This document shows positions 12,290 to 24,100 of a stretch of 64,000 bases of DNA, in pieces (position 1 is the stretch's first letter; every line of letters begins with the position of its first letter). The notes under the pieces were generated by a model, which made no database searches, had not been told where the DNA came from, and saw only the letters and a list, made by a program, of their open reading frames with translations. Location: assembly GCA_002189035.1 (NCBI GenBank), contig NEEC01000013.1:2294001-2358000 (forward strand), in the 5' to 3' direction. Position numbers and translations under genes: made by a program. The DNA is from Utricularia gibba. Taxonomy: Eukaryota > Plantae > Magnoliophyta.

Positions 12290-12450
12290 CGTCCGGAACC
12301 CGTTAACTGTTCAGAACCGCGGTTCCAAGGTTCGTAAAATACATTGAGCCGGTCCGATACTGTACGGGTCCGGAACCAAACAAAAAGTTGAAAACCTGAA
12401 CTGGGAACGAAACCGGGATGCGGTTCCAGTTCGAACCGGTCCCAACACTA
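12290..12450. repeat. GAACC/GGTTC-rich segment, possible MITE/hAT-type remnant in the PRP38 3' UTR
   Basis: Dense cluster of GGAACC, GAACCG, GGTTCC and CCGG motifs in both orientations; one end reads TAGTGTTGGG on the minus strand. No second terminal repeat or target-site duplication found. Confidence 0.35.
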
Positions 12451-15138
12451 CCTGAGAGGCTTCAGTCCAAGAGAAGCACGAAGCTTATTGGCTGCTGCGA
12501 TCTCAGGATCAGGGTGATCAGTCCCATCCTCTTTTGTTGCTTTCTTCTCTTTCTTTTTCCTTGGCTCGTCCCGGGGCTCCTCAGGTTCCTCCACACGCCG
12601 TTTTGGACTTGCACTGGAACGATGTCTTCTCCGCCTGTCATCCCCATCACGATCCTTGCGGTCTCTGCTTCTGCTACGACTTCTCGAGTGGCTCCTCCTT
12701 CGAGCACGATCCCTGTCTCGTCTGTCACGCTCCCGCCCTTCTCGATCTCTATCACGATCTCTTTCACGACCGTAATCCTTCTCTTCTCTCTGGCGATGCC
12801 AATCCTTGTCTCTCTCCCTATCTCTATCACGCGCTCTTCCACGGTCTCTCTCATACTCTCGGTCCCTGGAAGCCCAAATCAGTGCTTAGAATAACACCAA
12901 AGGCCTATTTCCTGAAGCCGCTGTTTCCCAGACCCCAGATATCACATAATGGAAATTGACAAGGGGGCTTCGGAAATGGAAGTCCCCACGCTACAAAGAA
13001 GCTTGAATGCTAGACACAAAACATGCTCCACGGGAATCAATGAAACTTGCAAGGAAATGCAATACGCTGTCCTAAGAAATGAGTATGGGCCAAGCAAGTC
13101 AAATTGTAAGACCCATAATACTTCTCATATGCACACTGCCAATGCATAGAAACCTGGTAGGGCCATATTTTCTCAATATAGGATGCTGTTAAAAGCCACG
13201 TAGGCTTGAAATGCCATAATGGTCATAATCACCAGAAGGGTATGGCAGATGATTAACATCTAGATGAAATAACAGCGTCCGGTTGAAAAAAAAGCAACAT
13301 TACTACCAACATTCAAACACTGGAATTAAGCATGTAAATGTGGAAACTTCATATTAAAGCTTAATTCACCCCTTAGAACCTACTGACGGCATACTGCAAC
13401 ATGTAAGAATTGAGTTTATAGATAACAAAAATGTACAAAAAAACGTTACTATATATTAACAAACAAAAATCTGCATCACTGAATATCAGATGATAAAGCA
13501 CAGACTTGTGTGTCTGTTGGAGAGAGAGAACAAGGATCATATACCTGTAACGGTGAGCATCTCTTTTCCTGTATGAATCTTTGTCCCTTGTAGGACTGCG
13601 TGCACGGGAGTAATCCTGCTATACAGGAGGGAACTATTAAGTGATTCATCAACTAGAGGTATGACATGAACAGATGAGAGATATTTGGACCTTATCATTG
13701 TCCAAAGGTTCCAACGCATCAACAAGTTGTTCATCCTCATCCTTTTCTTCCTCCTCCTCAAAATCATCTTCAAGAGCGCTTCTCCTAGGTTCTAGAGAAC
13801 CAATTGTTTCGATTGTCCATCTAAGCCACCAGATACAGCAGAAATAAGAGGGAAAAAATGCAGTGGTGATTAGCCATGACAAAGAGCTGAAATCTGTGCA
13901 ATCCTGAATGCAATGGTGATTAGCACTGACAAAAACTGGATGATTTACGATCCTAAATAACATTTCAATGAAAATTCACCACGCGACTTGGATAAAAAAT
14001 TGTGCTAAATATAGCAACATACTGACAATTATAGTACACACAAACTTTGATGCTCAAAAAAAATGCATATGACTGCAAATAACATGCACCTAAGTACCTT
14101 TTTTTGATTCGGGTAGTGCAATATCACAAGAGTAATCTTTGGTCAAAAGGTCATCAATGAACTCATCCACGTGTGTCAAGATGAATTCTGAAAATCCAAG
14201 AAACAAACCATAGATTATTGTGGGGACAAAAAACAAACAGTGGATTTAAATTCCTTGGAATTACTATAAACACGGTTCTCAATCCCCTGTTGAGGCTCCA
14301 AACTGTAATCTAGCATTAATCTTCCAAACACATTCCTGATAACCTAACACGCTACAAAAAAGGAAAAAGAGTCTTACTTCCTTCATTTGATTTGAACCTG
14401 AGCTTTCGGTAATCATTGTATAAGGGTTCCAGGTACCGGTACACATCAACATCTGTCCCAGTAAGTCTCAAATAAAAGGCTCCAAGTGCACGAACATATC
14501 TGCGAACAAGGGAGTCACCGTGTTACAAGATGTCATTTAGGCTGTATTTAAAGAATAAAAAAACACATTATATCACTGTAAAACCTTGCCTCCATGAAAA
14601 AAAAAGGATAAAAGAAACCCAGAAAGCAAAAACTTCTATTGATACTATTAGGGGAAAAATAAATAAATAACAAACTGGGTGTTCCAAATCCAATAGTGAG
14701 GAAGGCTATTTCAAATCATGAACAACCTTAAACCGAGACCATTCAATTCAACGCACAACACGAATTGCACACTAAGCACCCTAAACTGCACCCCAAAAAA
14801 TTCGTGGAAATGCTATGGAACATGATCGAAAACCTAAAAAACACTTACTTGTACTCAGAATTCTTTATGAATTCGACGACGATTTCTTTATCGGGTTGAA
14901 TCTGAAGCATTTTCATGACCAAGCACATGAACGGGGTGGGCTTCCGATTGCCGCCGAAGGTCCCACCAAGGTGGTCGATCTCCATGGCCTTGTCGACGAG
15001 CGTCTCCGCAGTGAGACCGAAGCATTGTTCCTTCCAGTAGGTGTTTTGATATATCTTGCTCCTGAGTATTTTCTCCACCAAATTCTGAGGATTCGTCCCC
15101 CTTATACTCTTCGCCAATGGATCCGTACGATTCGCCAT
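12448..15138 (-). CDS. PRP38: Pre-mRNA splicing factor PRP38; exons 15138-14849, 14499-14378, 14187-14098, 13820-13691, 13615-13545, 12865-12448; apparent 1-nt deletion in exon 3
   Basis: MANRTDPLAKSIRGTNPQNLVEKILRSKIYQNTYWKEQCFGLTAETLVDKAME...KYVRALGAFYLRL, then an RD/RS-rich C-terminus ending DHPDPEIAAANKLRASLGLKPLR*. Confidence 0.95.
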
Positions 15139-15480
15139 AGCTACTTCGGAGCGGATATGAGGGGGGAAAGCCCTAACAGTGGGCTCCGGCACACCGACCC
15201 TATTTATATTTTTAATTAATTGATCATTTTTTAATATAAAATTTTTATTTCTTTATAATAGTAATTCTAAAAGGGAATGGAGAACCGCCATTGGTGAGCT
15301 TAGCTTGGAAGTCGGAAGCTCTGCGGACGAGGAGAAATGGCCCCCATCTATAAAACGGCCTGAAACTCCTCTGCCATTCCATCAGCCTCGAATTCTCCAT
15401 TTCCCGGAAGGGGGCTCAACGGAATCCGTCTCCCCTTTTTTGCAGTAGCATTCGGAAAACAAAAAAAAAAATTGTCGACA

Positions 15481-17993
15481 ATGGCAGGGAACAAGAAGAT
15501 GGCCATCGCCGCCGTCTCCTCCTTGCTCTTAGTTGCCATGGCAGTGGCGCTTCTCTATGATGGCCATGGCAGCAGCTCTGACGACGAGGAAGTCACGGCG
15601 TCGCAGAAAGCCATGGTCACAATCAACACACTCTGTTCTGAAACCGATTACAAACAAGCTTGCGTCAGCACGCTGAAAGAGTCGGGCGCCAACACTAGCG
15701 ATCCCAAGGAGCTCGTACAGATCGCGTTTCAGGCGACGATGAAGCAGATTTCCGACGCGGCGGCGAATTCCACGCTCCTAAAAGAACTAGAGAATAATCC
15801 GAGAGGCAAGGCGGCGCTCGACGCGTGTAAGGAACTCGCGGACGACGCCGTTAATGATCTCAATCGGACCTTAGAGAAATTCAGCAAAGAATTCAGTGAA
15901 TTCGATCTCCTCGACGCTAACAACATCCTCGCGGATCTCAAGATTTGGCTCAGCGGCGCGATCACCAATCAGGAGACGTGTTTAGATGGTTTCGAGGGCG
16001 TCGACGGCGACGCCGGCGACAAAATGAGGCTATCCCTCAACATGTCCATGGAAATGTCTAGCAACGTCCTCGCCATGATGACCGGAATGCAGTCGATTCT
16101 TGCGACGTTCACAACTTCGCCGTTGCCTATCCAGCGGCGGTTGCTTTCAGAGGCTGAGGAACCGCCGGCGGTGGTGATGGGGCACGAAGATGAAATTATA
16201 CCAAATTGGGTTGATTTACAGAGGAGGAAACTCTTGTCCTCTCACAAGAAACCCAAGCTCCACAAACACATCAAACCAGATCTCGTCATTGCGCAGGACG
16301 GCAGCGGCGATTTCCAAACGATCAACGAAGCTCTGTTCGAAGTCCCTAAAAAGGAAGACGAAATGTTCGTTTTGTATATCAAAGAGGGCGTGTATCAGGA
16401 GCAGGTGAAGATCAACAGCAGCTTAACGCATTTGCTAATCATCGGAGACGGCCCAACCAAGACGAAGATAACCGGCAGCCTCAATTATATCGACGGAACT
16501 CCGACTTATCACACCGCCACCGTCGGTATGAAAAACAAATGCACAAGTTTTCTTGAAAAACTCTGCTTTCATTTGACTTCAGATTTTGCATTGCAGCGGT
16601 TCACGCCGACCATTTCATGGCGATGGATATCGGATTCGAGAACTCCGCCGGGCCGGAGAAGCACCAGGCGGTGGCGTTACGCGTGAGTGCTGATTTAGCG
16701 GTGTTCTACAATTGCCAAATCGACGGTTACCAGGACACGCTCTACACGCACAACTACCGTCAATTCTACCGCGAATGCACGATCTCTGGCACCATAGATT
16801 TCATCTTCGGCGATGCGGCGGCGGTGCTGCAGAGCTGCACGATGGTCGTGCGGAAGCCCATGGAAAATCAGTATTGCATCGTGACGGCTCAGGGCCGGAA
16901 GGATATCCATCAGCCGACGGGACTTGTGCTTCAGAACTGCTCCATCGTCTCCGATCCCGCCTTCGTCCCCGTCCGAAACATCAATAAAGCTTATCTCGGG
17001 AGACCATGGAAGCAGTTTTCACGCACAGTGATCATGGAATCCTACATCGATGAAACCATTCAGCCAGACGGATGGCTGCCCTGGAACACTACATTCGCAT
17101 TTGACACATTGTTCTATACCGAGTTCAATAACCGCGGCCCGGGCTCCGACAAGAGCCGCCGCGTAACTTGGCCGGGGATTAAAGAGCTTCCTGCGAAGCG
17201 AATCAAGAGATTTACAGCTGATAGGTTCATCGATGGTGGGCATTGGCTTAAACACAACAAGGCAAATGTTCCTTATAAGGGAGGGTTCTTCTTTGAGGTC
17301 CCTGAAGATAATCCCGGTGTGAAGTATTCGCCGATAGGATCAGAAGAAACGAAAGATGGAGGAGAGATGAGGGATCGGGATGATTTCGTTGCTCCGAAAA
17401 CTGCGGATTCTCCCAGTGGGGCTCCTTCTCTTGCTGGCCATATTGCGGCTTCGCCATGGATGCAACCTTCAGAGGATCAGGACAAGAAATCAGATGGCAA
17501 GAAGGAGAAGAATGTGGGAGAAGAAAATGATGACGAAGACAGCAGCGGGGAATCTGGGAAGAAAACGGAGAAGTCATCAGAATCAAAGAAGAAGCACAAG
17601 GAGGAGGCGGACGAACAGGAATCCGGGAAATCATCTGAATCGAAGAAGAAGAATAAGGAAGAAGGCAACGACCACAAATCGGAAAAATCATCGGAATCAA
17701 AGAAGAAGAAGAAGAGAAATAATAATAAGGAAGAAGACGATGAACAGAAATCTGGGAAAGCTTCAGAATCAAAGAAAAAGAACAAAGAAGAAGGTAGTGG
17801 TCAAAAATCCGAGAAGAAGATGGAAGAGCAGTCATCTGGGAATACGATGTCGGTGATGTCCACATCATCTTCCTCTTACTCATATATTTCGGCTCCGACC
17901 ACCGCTCCAGCACTTGCTCCGAGTTCGCCTTCTCCGGCCTCACAGCCCAGCACCAGCTGGTTCTCCGTTCCCAAGCTCTTGTTCAGAGAATGA
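15481..17993 (+). CDS. PME: Pectinesterase with N-terminal PMEI pro-domain and a long C-terminal extension; exons 15481-16525, 16597-17993
   Basis: Signal/anchor segment, PMEI-like Cys pattern (CSETDYKQAC, LDACKEL, WLSGAITNQETCLDGF), basic processing motifs RRLL/RRKLL, and catalytic motifs QAVALRV, GYQDTLY, GTIDFIFG, YLGRPWK. Confidence 0.95.
17571..17830 (+). repeat. Coding tandem repeat (57/57/72 bp) encoding KSSESKKK units
   Basis: Units start at 17571, 17628, 17685 and 17757, followed by a partial fifth. Confidence 0.9.
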
Positions 17994-18370
17994 TGGACAA
18001 GCCTCTGAGGGGTTGTTGCTTGCAGAGTAAATAAGATTTATACATAAATTTATATTTTTGTAAATTCGTTTTAATTAATAAAAATATTATTATTCCGCAA
18101 CAATAGCTTACTTAAGACATGAAATTGAATAATTACATAACATATTAGAACAATAAAATAAAATGATATATACCTCATCATATATAACACACGCTTTGAA
18201 TCCTAATTTTTTAATTAAAATTTTTCTAAAATCAAATTAAATTATTTTGTTGAGCTGGAAGTATCGGTTTTTACTGTGCCGTCTCCGCATCACCACATTC
18301 GGTGTTTTGAAACTGCAGTGATACTTGTATTCATTATTGCAAGGCGAACTGTTGAACTCCATAATTCGCA

Positions 18371-21125
18371 ATGGATTTAGAAGAGGAAACGTTGACTTCG
18401 ACGGAGATTCACCACGACGCCGTTGAGCCGTTGGATTCTACTTCTCAATCCAGGCGTGTTGCGTCGCTGGATGCCTTCCGAGGGCTCACTGTCGCGGTAA
18501 AAAGTTCGAGCGTCAGTGAAAGATAGTGAATTAATGAGTGTAAAGATGGGGATTTTGTGTTGAATTTCAGCTAATGGTTTTGGTTGATGATGCTGGAGGA
18601 GAATGGCCTGTAATCGGGCATGCTCCTTGGAATGGTTGCAACCTTGCTGATTTCGTGATGCCATTTTTTCTATTTATTGTGGGGGTTTCCATTGCCCTTG
18701 CCTTCAAGGTTAGATGGTTAGCGTGCTGCCTTTTCAAGTTTCCAATTTTCACGATAGTTTACTTGTATCTGCCTTTATTTGGAGCAGAGAATAGAAGACA
18801 GCGTTGTGGCTGTGAAAAAAGTTATTTTGAGAACTTTGCAACTTCTTTTCTGGGGCCTCCTCTTACAAGGTCAGCTTTCTGAATTCCTCTTACTGCTGTG
18901 ATGGAGCAAACTAGAAAAAATGCGAGTAAACAAGTTGTTTCATGGTGTGAACTGATTTTGACGTTATCATCATCGTAGGAGGTTACTTTCATTCTCCAGA
19001 CGTGCTTACTTATGGTGTTGACATAAAAAGAATAAGGTTGTGTGGAATCCTTCAGGTAATTTTATTAACCTTTATTTCATATCTCACGGGCTTGCCGTTG
19101 TCTACATGACTTATCGCATGGACCCAATCCTCTCTCCAGAGAATAGCCCTTGCCTACATGGTTGTGGCATTTCTAGAAATTTTCACTCGAAAGCAACCCA
19201 AATCTGCTGTGTTGAATGGAACATTCTCCATATTCAAGAACTATGTCTGGCATTGGTACACAGTTTAATGAACGACGTAATAATTGTTTCTAAAAACACT
19301 GAGTCATGCTCTATGCCTCGTAGGATACTTGGGTGTGGCGTTTTGATCATCTATTTGGCTACTTTGTATGGAGTATATGTTCCTGATTGGAAATATAAAG
19401 TGCAAGATGAATCAAGTCCTCACTATGGAGAGACTCTTACTGTAAGCCAATTTGCATAATTTTTTTTACATATCTGCAACACAACATTTAATCATCTGTT
19501 CATTGATTTTCACAAGGATGTGCTTATAGGTGAAGTCAGGATATCTCGAAGCTAACTTATGAAAAAAATTGAGAGATTTCAACTTCTGATTCCTTTTTTT
19601 TTAATCCTTACATTCAAAAATATCCTGATGCCATTCAGGTAGTTTGCAATGTGCGAGGAAAATTGGACCCTCCATGTAATGCCGTGGGGTATGTTGATAG
19701 AATGTTGCTTGGAGTGAACCACATGTATCAACATCCAGCTTGGAGAAGATCCAAAGTGAAATTCGTTTGTGAAGCTTTTTTGCGGTATGTCAGCATTATT
19801 ATATTAAAAGCTTATTATCCATATTTCTACAGGCTTGCACTGTGAATTCACCTCGTTCTGGCCCTTTTCGAACTGACGCTCCTTCTTGGTGTTTTGCCCC
19901 TTTTGAGCCTGAAGGGGTATTGAGGTTGGTCTGTTATTCATGAATATAATAACGCCAATTTTTTATATCTGGTTCCTTATATAAAGTTTAAGATAACCTG
20001 GACTTGTATCTCTAAATTATCTTTGTTTATCTCTTGTCACTGCAGCTCTGTATCTGCTATCCTCTCCACGGTGATTGGAGTTCACTGCGGCCATGTTCTA
20101 ATCAGCATGAGGGTGCGCCACCATTAACTGATGCTTTCCTCTAATTAAATTTTGCTAAGGCATTGATTTAGATACACAGTGATTCTAGGCCCACTTGCCA
20201 AGGCTCCGGCACTGGACTTCCATGGGGCTTGGACTTCTCATTGTAGGAATCTCACTTCATTATTCAGATGGTAAGTGTGGTTGTGACCATGAATGGAGAA
20301 GGTTGCAAGTATTCAAGGTATTAAATGATTTTCTTAAATGCAGCAATTCCATTGAATAAGCAGCTGTACACCCTCAGCTATGTGTGTTTAACATCTGGTG
20401 CTGCTGCGTTAGTGCTGTCGTTCTTCTATGTTCTGGTACACCCTCCCTGTTGCCAAAATAATACAGATGCACTTATTTTCTTGGAAGAGTCTGTACAGAG
20501 TTCAAGAAAATAAGCTCCATAAATCTTCTGCTATCTCCTGCCATGTTTCCATTTTCCACTCATTCTTCCTTGATAATTTTGTATTAAGGAGGCCATTTGC
20601 ATCCACAGAATAAAAAAATGACATGAAGTGTTTCTGTTTGCTTTCAGGAGGACGTATGGAAGATTAGATACCCATTTCTACCATTGGAGTGGATTGGTAT
20701 GAATGCAATGCTCGTCTATGTGATGGCTGCAGCAGAGATCTTTGCTTCCTTTGTCAATGGATGGTATTACGATGAACCTGGTAACAACTTGGTAAGTTGG
20801 TTTTTCAGGCACTGCACCTTACACTGCGCACACAAAACCAGGGAAGCAAAAGTTAGGATGTTGTGGCTTAAAGTCAGGATGCATTGCATGTGCAAAAGTG
20901 TTGCTTCACAATATTATAGGACTCTGTCGACCGAGATAGTGCTACACGGTGCTCTAACAAGTTACCCCAATTTTGCAGGTAAACTGGATCAAGAAGCACA
21001 TTTTTTTCGATGTATGGCATTCAAAGGAGGTGGGAACTCTATTTTATGTCATCTTTGGTGAGATACTGTTTTGGGCTGTAGTTTCCGGCTTATTGCATCA
21101 TTTTCGCATATACTGGAAACTTTAG
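18371..21125 (+). CDS. Heparan-alpha-glucosaminide N-acetyltransferase-like (HGSNAT-like) membrane protein, 13 exons
   Basis: RVASLDAFRGLTVA|LMVLVDDAGGEWPVIGHAPWNGCNLADFVMPFFLFIVGVSIA...GILQ|RIALAY...FEPEGVLSS...IPLNKQLYTLSY...LEWIGMNAMLVYV...IYWKL*. Exons 2-13 were translated and are in frame. Confidence 0.92.
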
Positions 21126-22164
21126 TGACCAGGCTATGGTGATTCAATGGTGTATCCTCTGCTGTGCGTTGAAAATGCAAGTGTAAACTTCATTGTTTTA
21201 TGCAGAAAAGTATCTTGCCAACTTTGTGAAAATCAGGTACTATGCTGCACAATGGAACATGAAACAATGATGGAATATCGTCCTGTTTTTGGTTAGTAGG
21301 AATGAACATGAGTGAGGACATGGAGAAATGAAAACTAGATGGGCATCTAATGATAAACATATAAACTGAAGAGGAATCCAATGAAGATCTGGAAATCAGG
21401 CACCTTTGCCTACAACACTGCTGTAGCAGACACATCTTCCCTTGAATCCTCTGCAGAGCAATCTGCAATATAATTTTCAAAGGACGGGGATGCGGATGCA
21501 GTAAGTGACTGTGTTTGTAAGTGATAAGAAAGAATCTCGAGAGCCAGACCTTCATACCAAAGGAGCTTTATTCCAATTTGCCGTAGATATGAACTTATGC
21601 AGGAGCTTCACACAGATGGAACTTTGATCTCCAAGACACCTAGGTGTAGCTTTAATTCCTAGCGCATAAAGTGAAAGGAGCATCTAGCATCAACTCCAAA
21701 GTCTTTGAGCAAGCATTTCTTATCCACCCAAAAAGAAAAGGCTCTTTACCTCAAAAGATTCCGAAGTTATATATCAAGAACTCATGCATATTAAGGCACC
21801 TTCAAACAATATAAAGAAACGCCACTTCGCCCACAAATCACTATTACACATCAATGTGATTGTTGGAAAACGCATCCCTAGTTCATATTTATGGTGTGGC
21901 TTCGTGACAGGAATGAAACAAAAAATGAGTGCAGAAATGGCATGCACAAACAACAAATTCAAGATCAAAAAAGATTAATACATTCATAAAGCCACAAATC
22001 GATACCAGGCCCCAGCAAGTTTGTTACAAAGTATCGTCGGTTAGGTACTGGGGCATACGCAGATATGTACACACTGAAGAATAGAGGATATACATGGCCT
22101 CAACGATGTCCCAGTCACAAACCAAACGAGAACGAAAATCTTGTAGAAGAGCAGGAAATGGATT

Positions 22165-22959
22165 CTAGAATCCAATGTCACCCATAGCATCACCATATCC
22201 ATCCGCATACGCCGCCGACTCGCCGATATCGGACACAGCTTCTCCAAGGAGGAATCCACCCAGCAACCCAGCACCCAACCCAAGACCGAGACCCCCCATA
22301 TTATTCTTCTTCGGTGGCTGCGTGTAAGGAGCATATTGCGGAGGTGGAGCAGCATAACCGTAACCCGGCTGAGGCTGGTACCCATACCCGCTTGACTGCG
22401 CATACGCCGGCTGAGAATAAGGCTGAGCATATTGCGGAGGTGGATAACCCGGAGGAGGCGCGTCGTATGTTCGAGGTGCTGCATAAGGCGCCGCAGGATA
22501 TCCCATCATCGACTCCTCGGCATGGCGCTTGGGTTCCACAGCCTTCTCCGTGAATTTCTCCCCGAACCTGTAGGATAACCTGAGGGTTCCCTTCGGTTTT
22601 CTAGAAGGCGTGATCACCTGGTAGTCAACGACGCGATCCTTGGCGTAATCAGGATGGAAGAGGTCATTAATAGGGATGGTAAGGGATCCAACGTCCTTAT
22701 CCCCAAAAGCACCATCGTCCCTGATCCGTACCAGGAGAGAAAGCCCAGGCCTCGTAAGGTAAACCTCATCGACGATGAGCTCCGTCTTGAAATTCCACTT
22801 GGGATTGGATCCGCAGTTCTTGTCCACGAAAGTCTTCTTCATCGATTGCCGGTAGCCGGCGAGAGATATCTCCGCATAGAGATCCATTTTCCCAAGTAAC
22901 TTGACGTCCTTGAGCCCCTCCGCCGACACCACAGTGATCTTCAACGGCCGGTACTCCAT
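22165..22959 (-). CDS. SRC2: SRC2-like C2-domain protein, intronless
   Basis: N-terminal C2 domain (LKITVVSAEGLKDVK...NPKWNF...DKDVG), Pro/Tyr/Gln-rich middle, C-terminal GLGLGAGLLGGFLLGEAVSD motif. Confidence 0.88.
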   Translation of the reverse strand: MEYRPLKITVVSAEGLKDVKLLGKMDLYAEISLAGYRQSMKKTFVDKNCGSNPKWNFKTELIVDEVYLTRPGLSLLVRIRDDGAFGDKDVGSLTIPINDLFHPDYAKDRVVDYQVITPSRKPKGTLRLSYRFGEKFTEKAVEPKRHAEESMMGYPAAPYAAPRTYDAPPPGYPPPQYAQPYSQPAYAQSSGYGYQPQPGYGYAAPPPQYAPYTQPPKKNNMGGLGLGLGAGLLGGFLLGEAVSDIGESAAYADGYGDAMGDIGF

Positions 22960-23061
22960 ATTCCAGAGAGATCACAGAGAATATCGAGAAAAAGATGATC
23001 GATTTCGTTTTCCTAGGGATTAAACACCTTAACTAGCCTTCTCCCGAACGGCCCTATCGAA

Positions 23062-23181
23062 TTTATAGTGCAGGCTGGGCCCAGTAGAGCCGTTCGCTGC
23101 TGGGCCCATACGTACGCGGTCAAGTTATTCGCGAGAAAACCGTGTGGAAACCGTGGGTGGGCCCACCAGCTCGTGGGCCGC
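23062..23181 (-). promoter_or_regulatory. SRC2 proximal promoter: TATA box, TGGGCC site-II cluster, CGCG box overlapping a W-box
   Basis: TATAAA on the minus strand at 23062-23067; TGGGCC at about 23076, 23101, 23158 and 23176; ACGCGG at 23114-23119 overlapping GGTCAA (TTGACC on minus) at 23118-23123. Confidence 0.5.
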
Positions 23182-24100
23182 TAGCCGTTGCGTGTGGGTA
23201 CAGAATTATTCTCTCCCTCACAAACTACTCCATTTGGTTAATAAACTATTATTATAAAATAATGTGTAATAAATATATTTTAATATTCTAAAAATAATTT
23301 CGATCACACCCTCTATGTGACGTAACTGCAAACCCAAGTTTAAATAATAATAATATCGACACATTAATTACTGTACAATAGCACGTAATTATGGGACATG
23401 TACCCTAAATAAAGAAATCAAATCATTTAGAAAAATGATCATTCTTACTTTATTTCACATACATTAAAGTAAAAATTTTTCAGCCAATTTTTATAAATTT
23501 CTTTAGAATAAAAAAAACCAATTATGAAGGTTTTACATATGTTTTACAAAGCCATATTTTGAAGAAAAACACATCTATCAAAAATTAGGTATTTACAAAA
23601 ACGCACGTGTCTAAATAGTGAAACACGTTTATCAAATATAATAATAATAATAATATGGTTCTAATGCATGTAATTAGTACTTAGGAAATAATTTTAAAAA
23701 GGGATTGAAAATAGCGTTTGTTTACCAATTATCAAAAAAAAAAAAAAACACAACCCACAGCTCAAAATCGTGCCTTCAGTCCGACCGTAGAGTTGACTAA
23801 TGAATATTATCACAAGGTAAAAATGTATGTCTGTGTTCGTGCTGTCCGTACTCAAGCATCCAGACACTGGTTTCCTATGTACGGACGGCCCCAACACGGC
23901 ACTTCTGTACATGCATGCATCGAGGCCTGTCCAACTAACTGCTGTACAGAAACTGAGCACCAGAGAGGGCCCTGGTTCAAGGAACCACCGGTTGAGCCTT
24001 CCTTGGTTGCACGGCAGCCGAACCAGACATGGACCAAGGTGCCGCGCCGCACATTGTGGATCACTGCTCGCTGCTGATGAATAAGAGGAGGAAGCAGTTG

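Noticed and set aside
12418-12959. Long plus-strand ORFs and an alternative minus-frame ORF over the PRP38 last exon
   Set aside because: They are shadows of the low-complexity RD/RS coding sequence. The true frame was translated by hand and ends at the stop at 12448-12450.
17248-17943. Antisense and alternate-frame ORFs over the PME tail
   Set aside because: By-products of the purine-rich repeat; no independent start context or motifs.
21190-21980. Minus-strand ORFs between the HGSNAT-like gene and SRC2
   Set aside because: No recognisable motifs or consistent exon chain; the location fits the convergent 3' UTRs.
23694-24084. Several 70-145 codon ORFs just downstream of the MED14 stop
   Set aside because: They overlap in many frames with no motifs and are consistent with the MED14 3' UTR.
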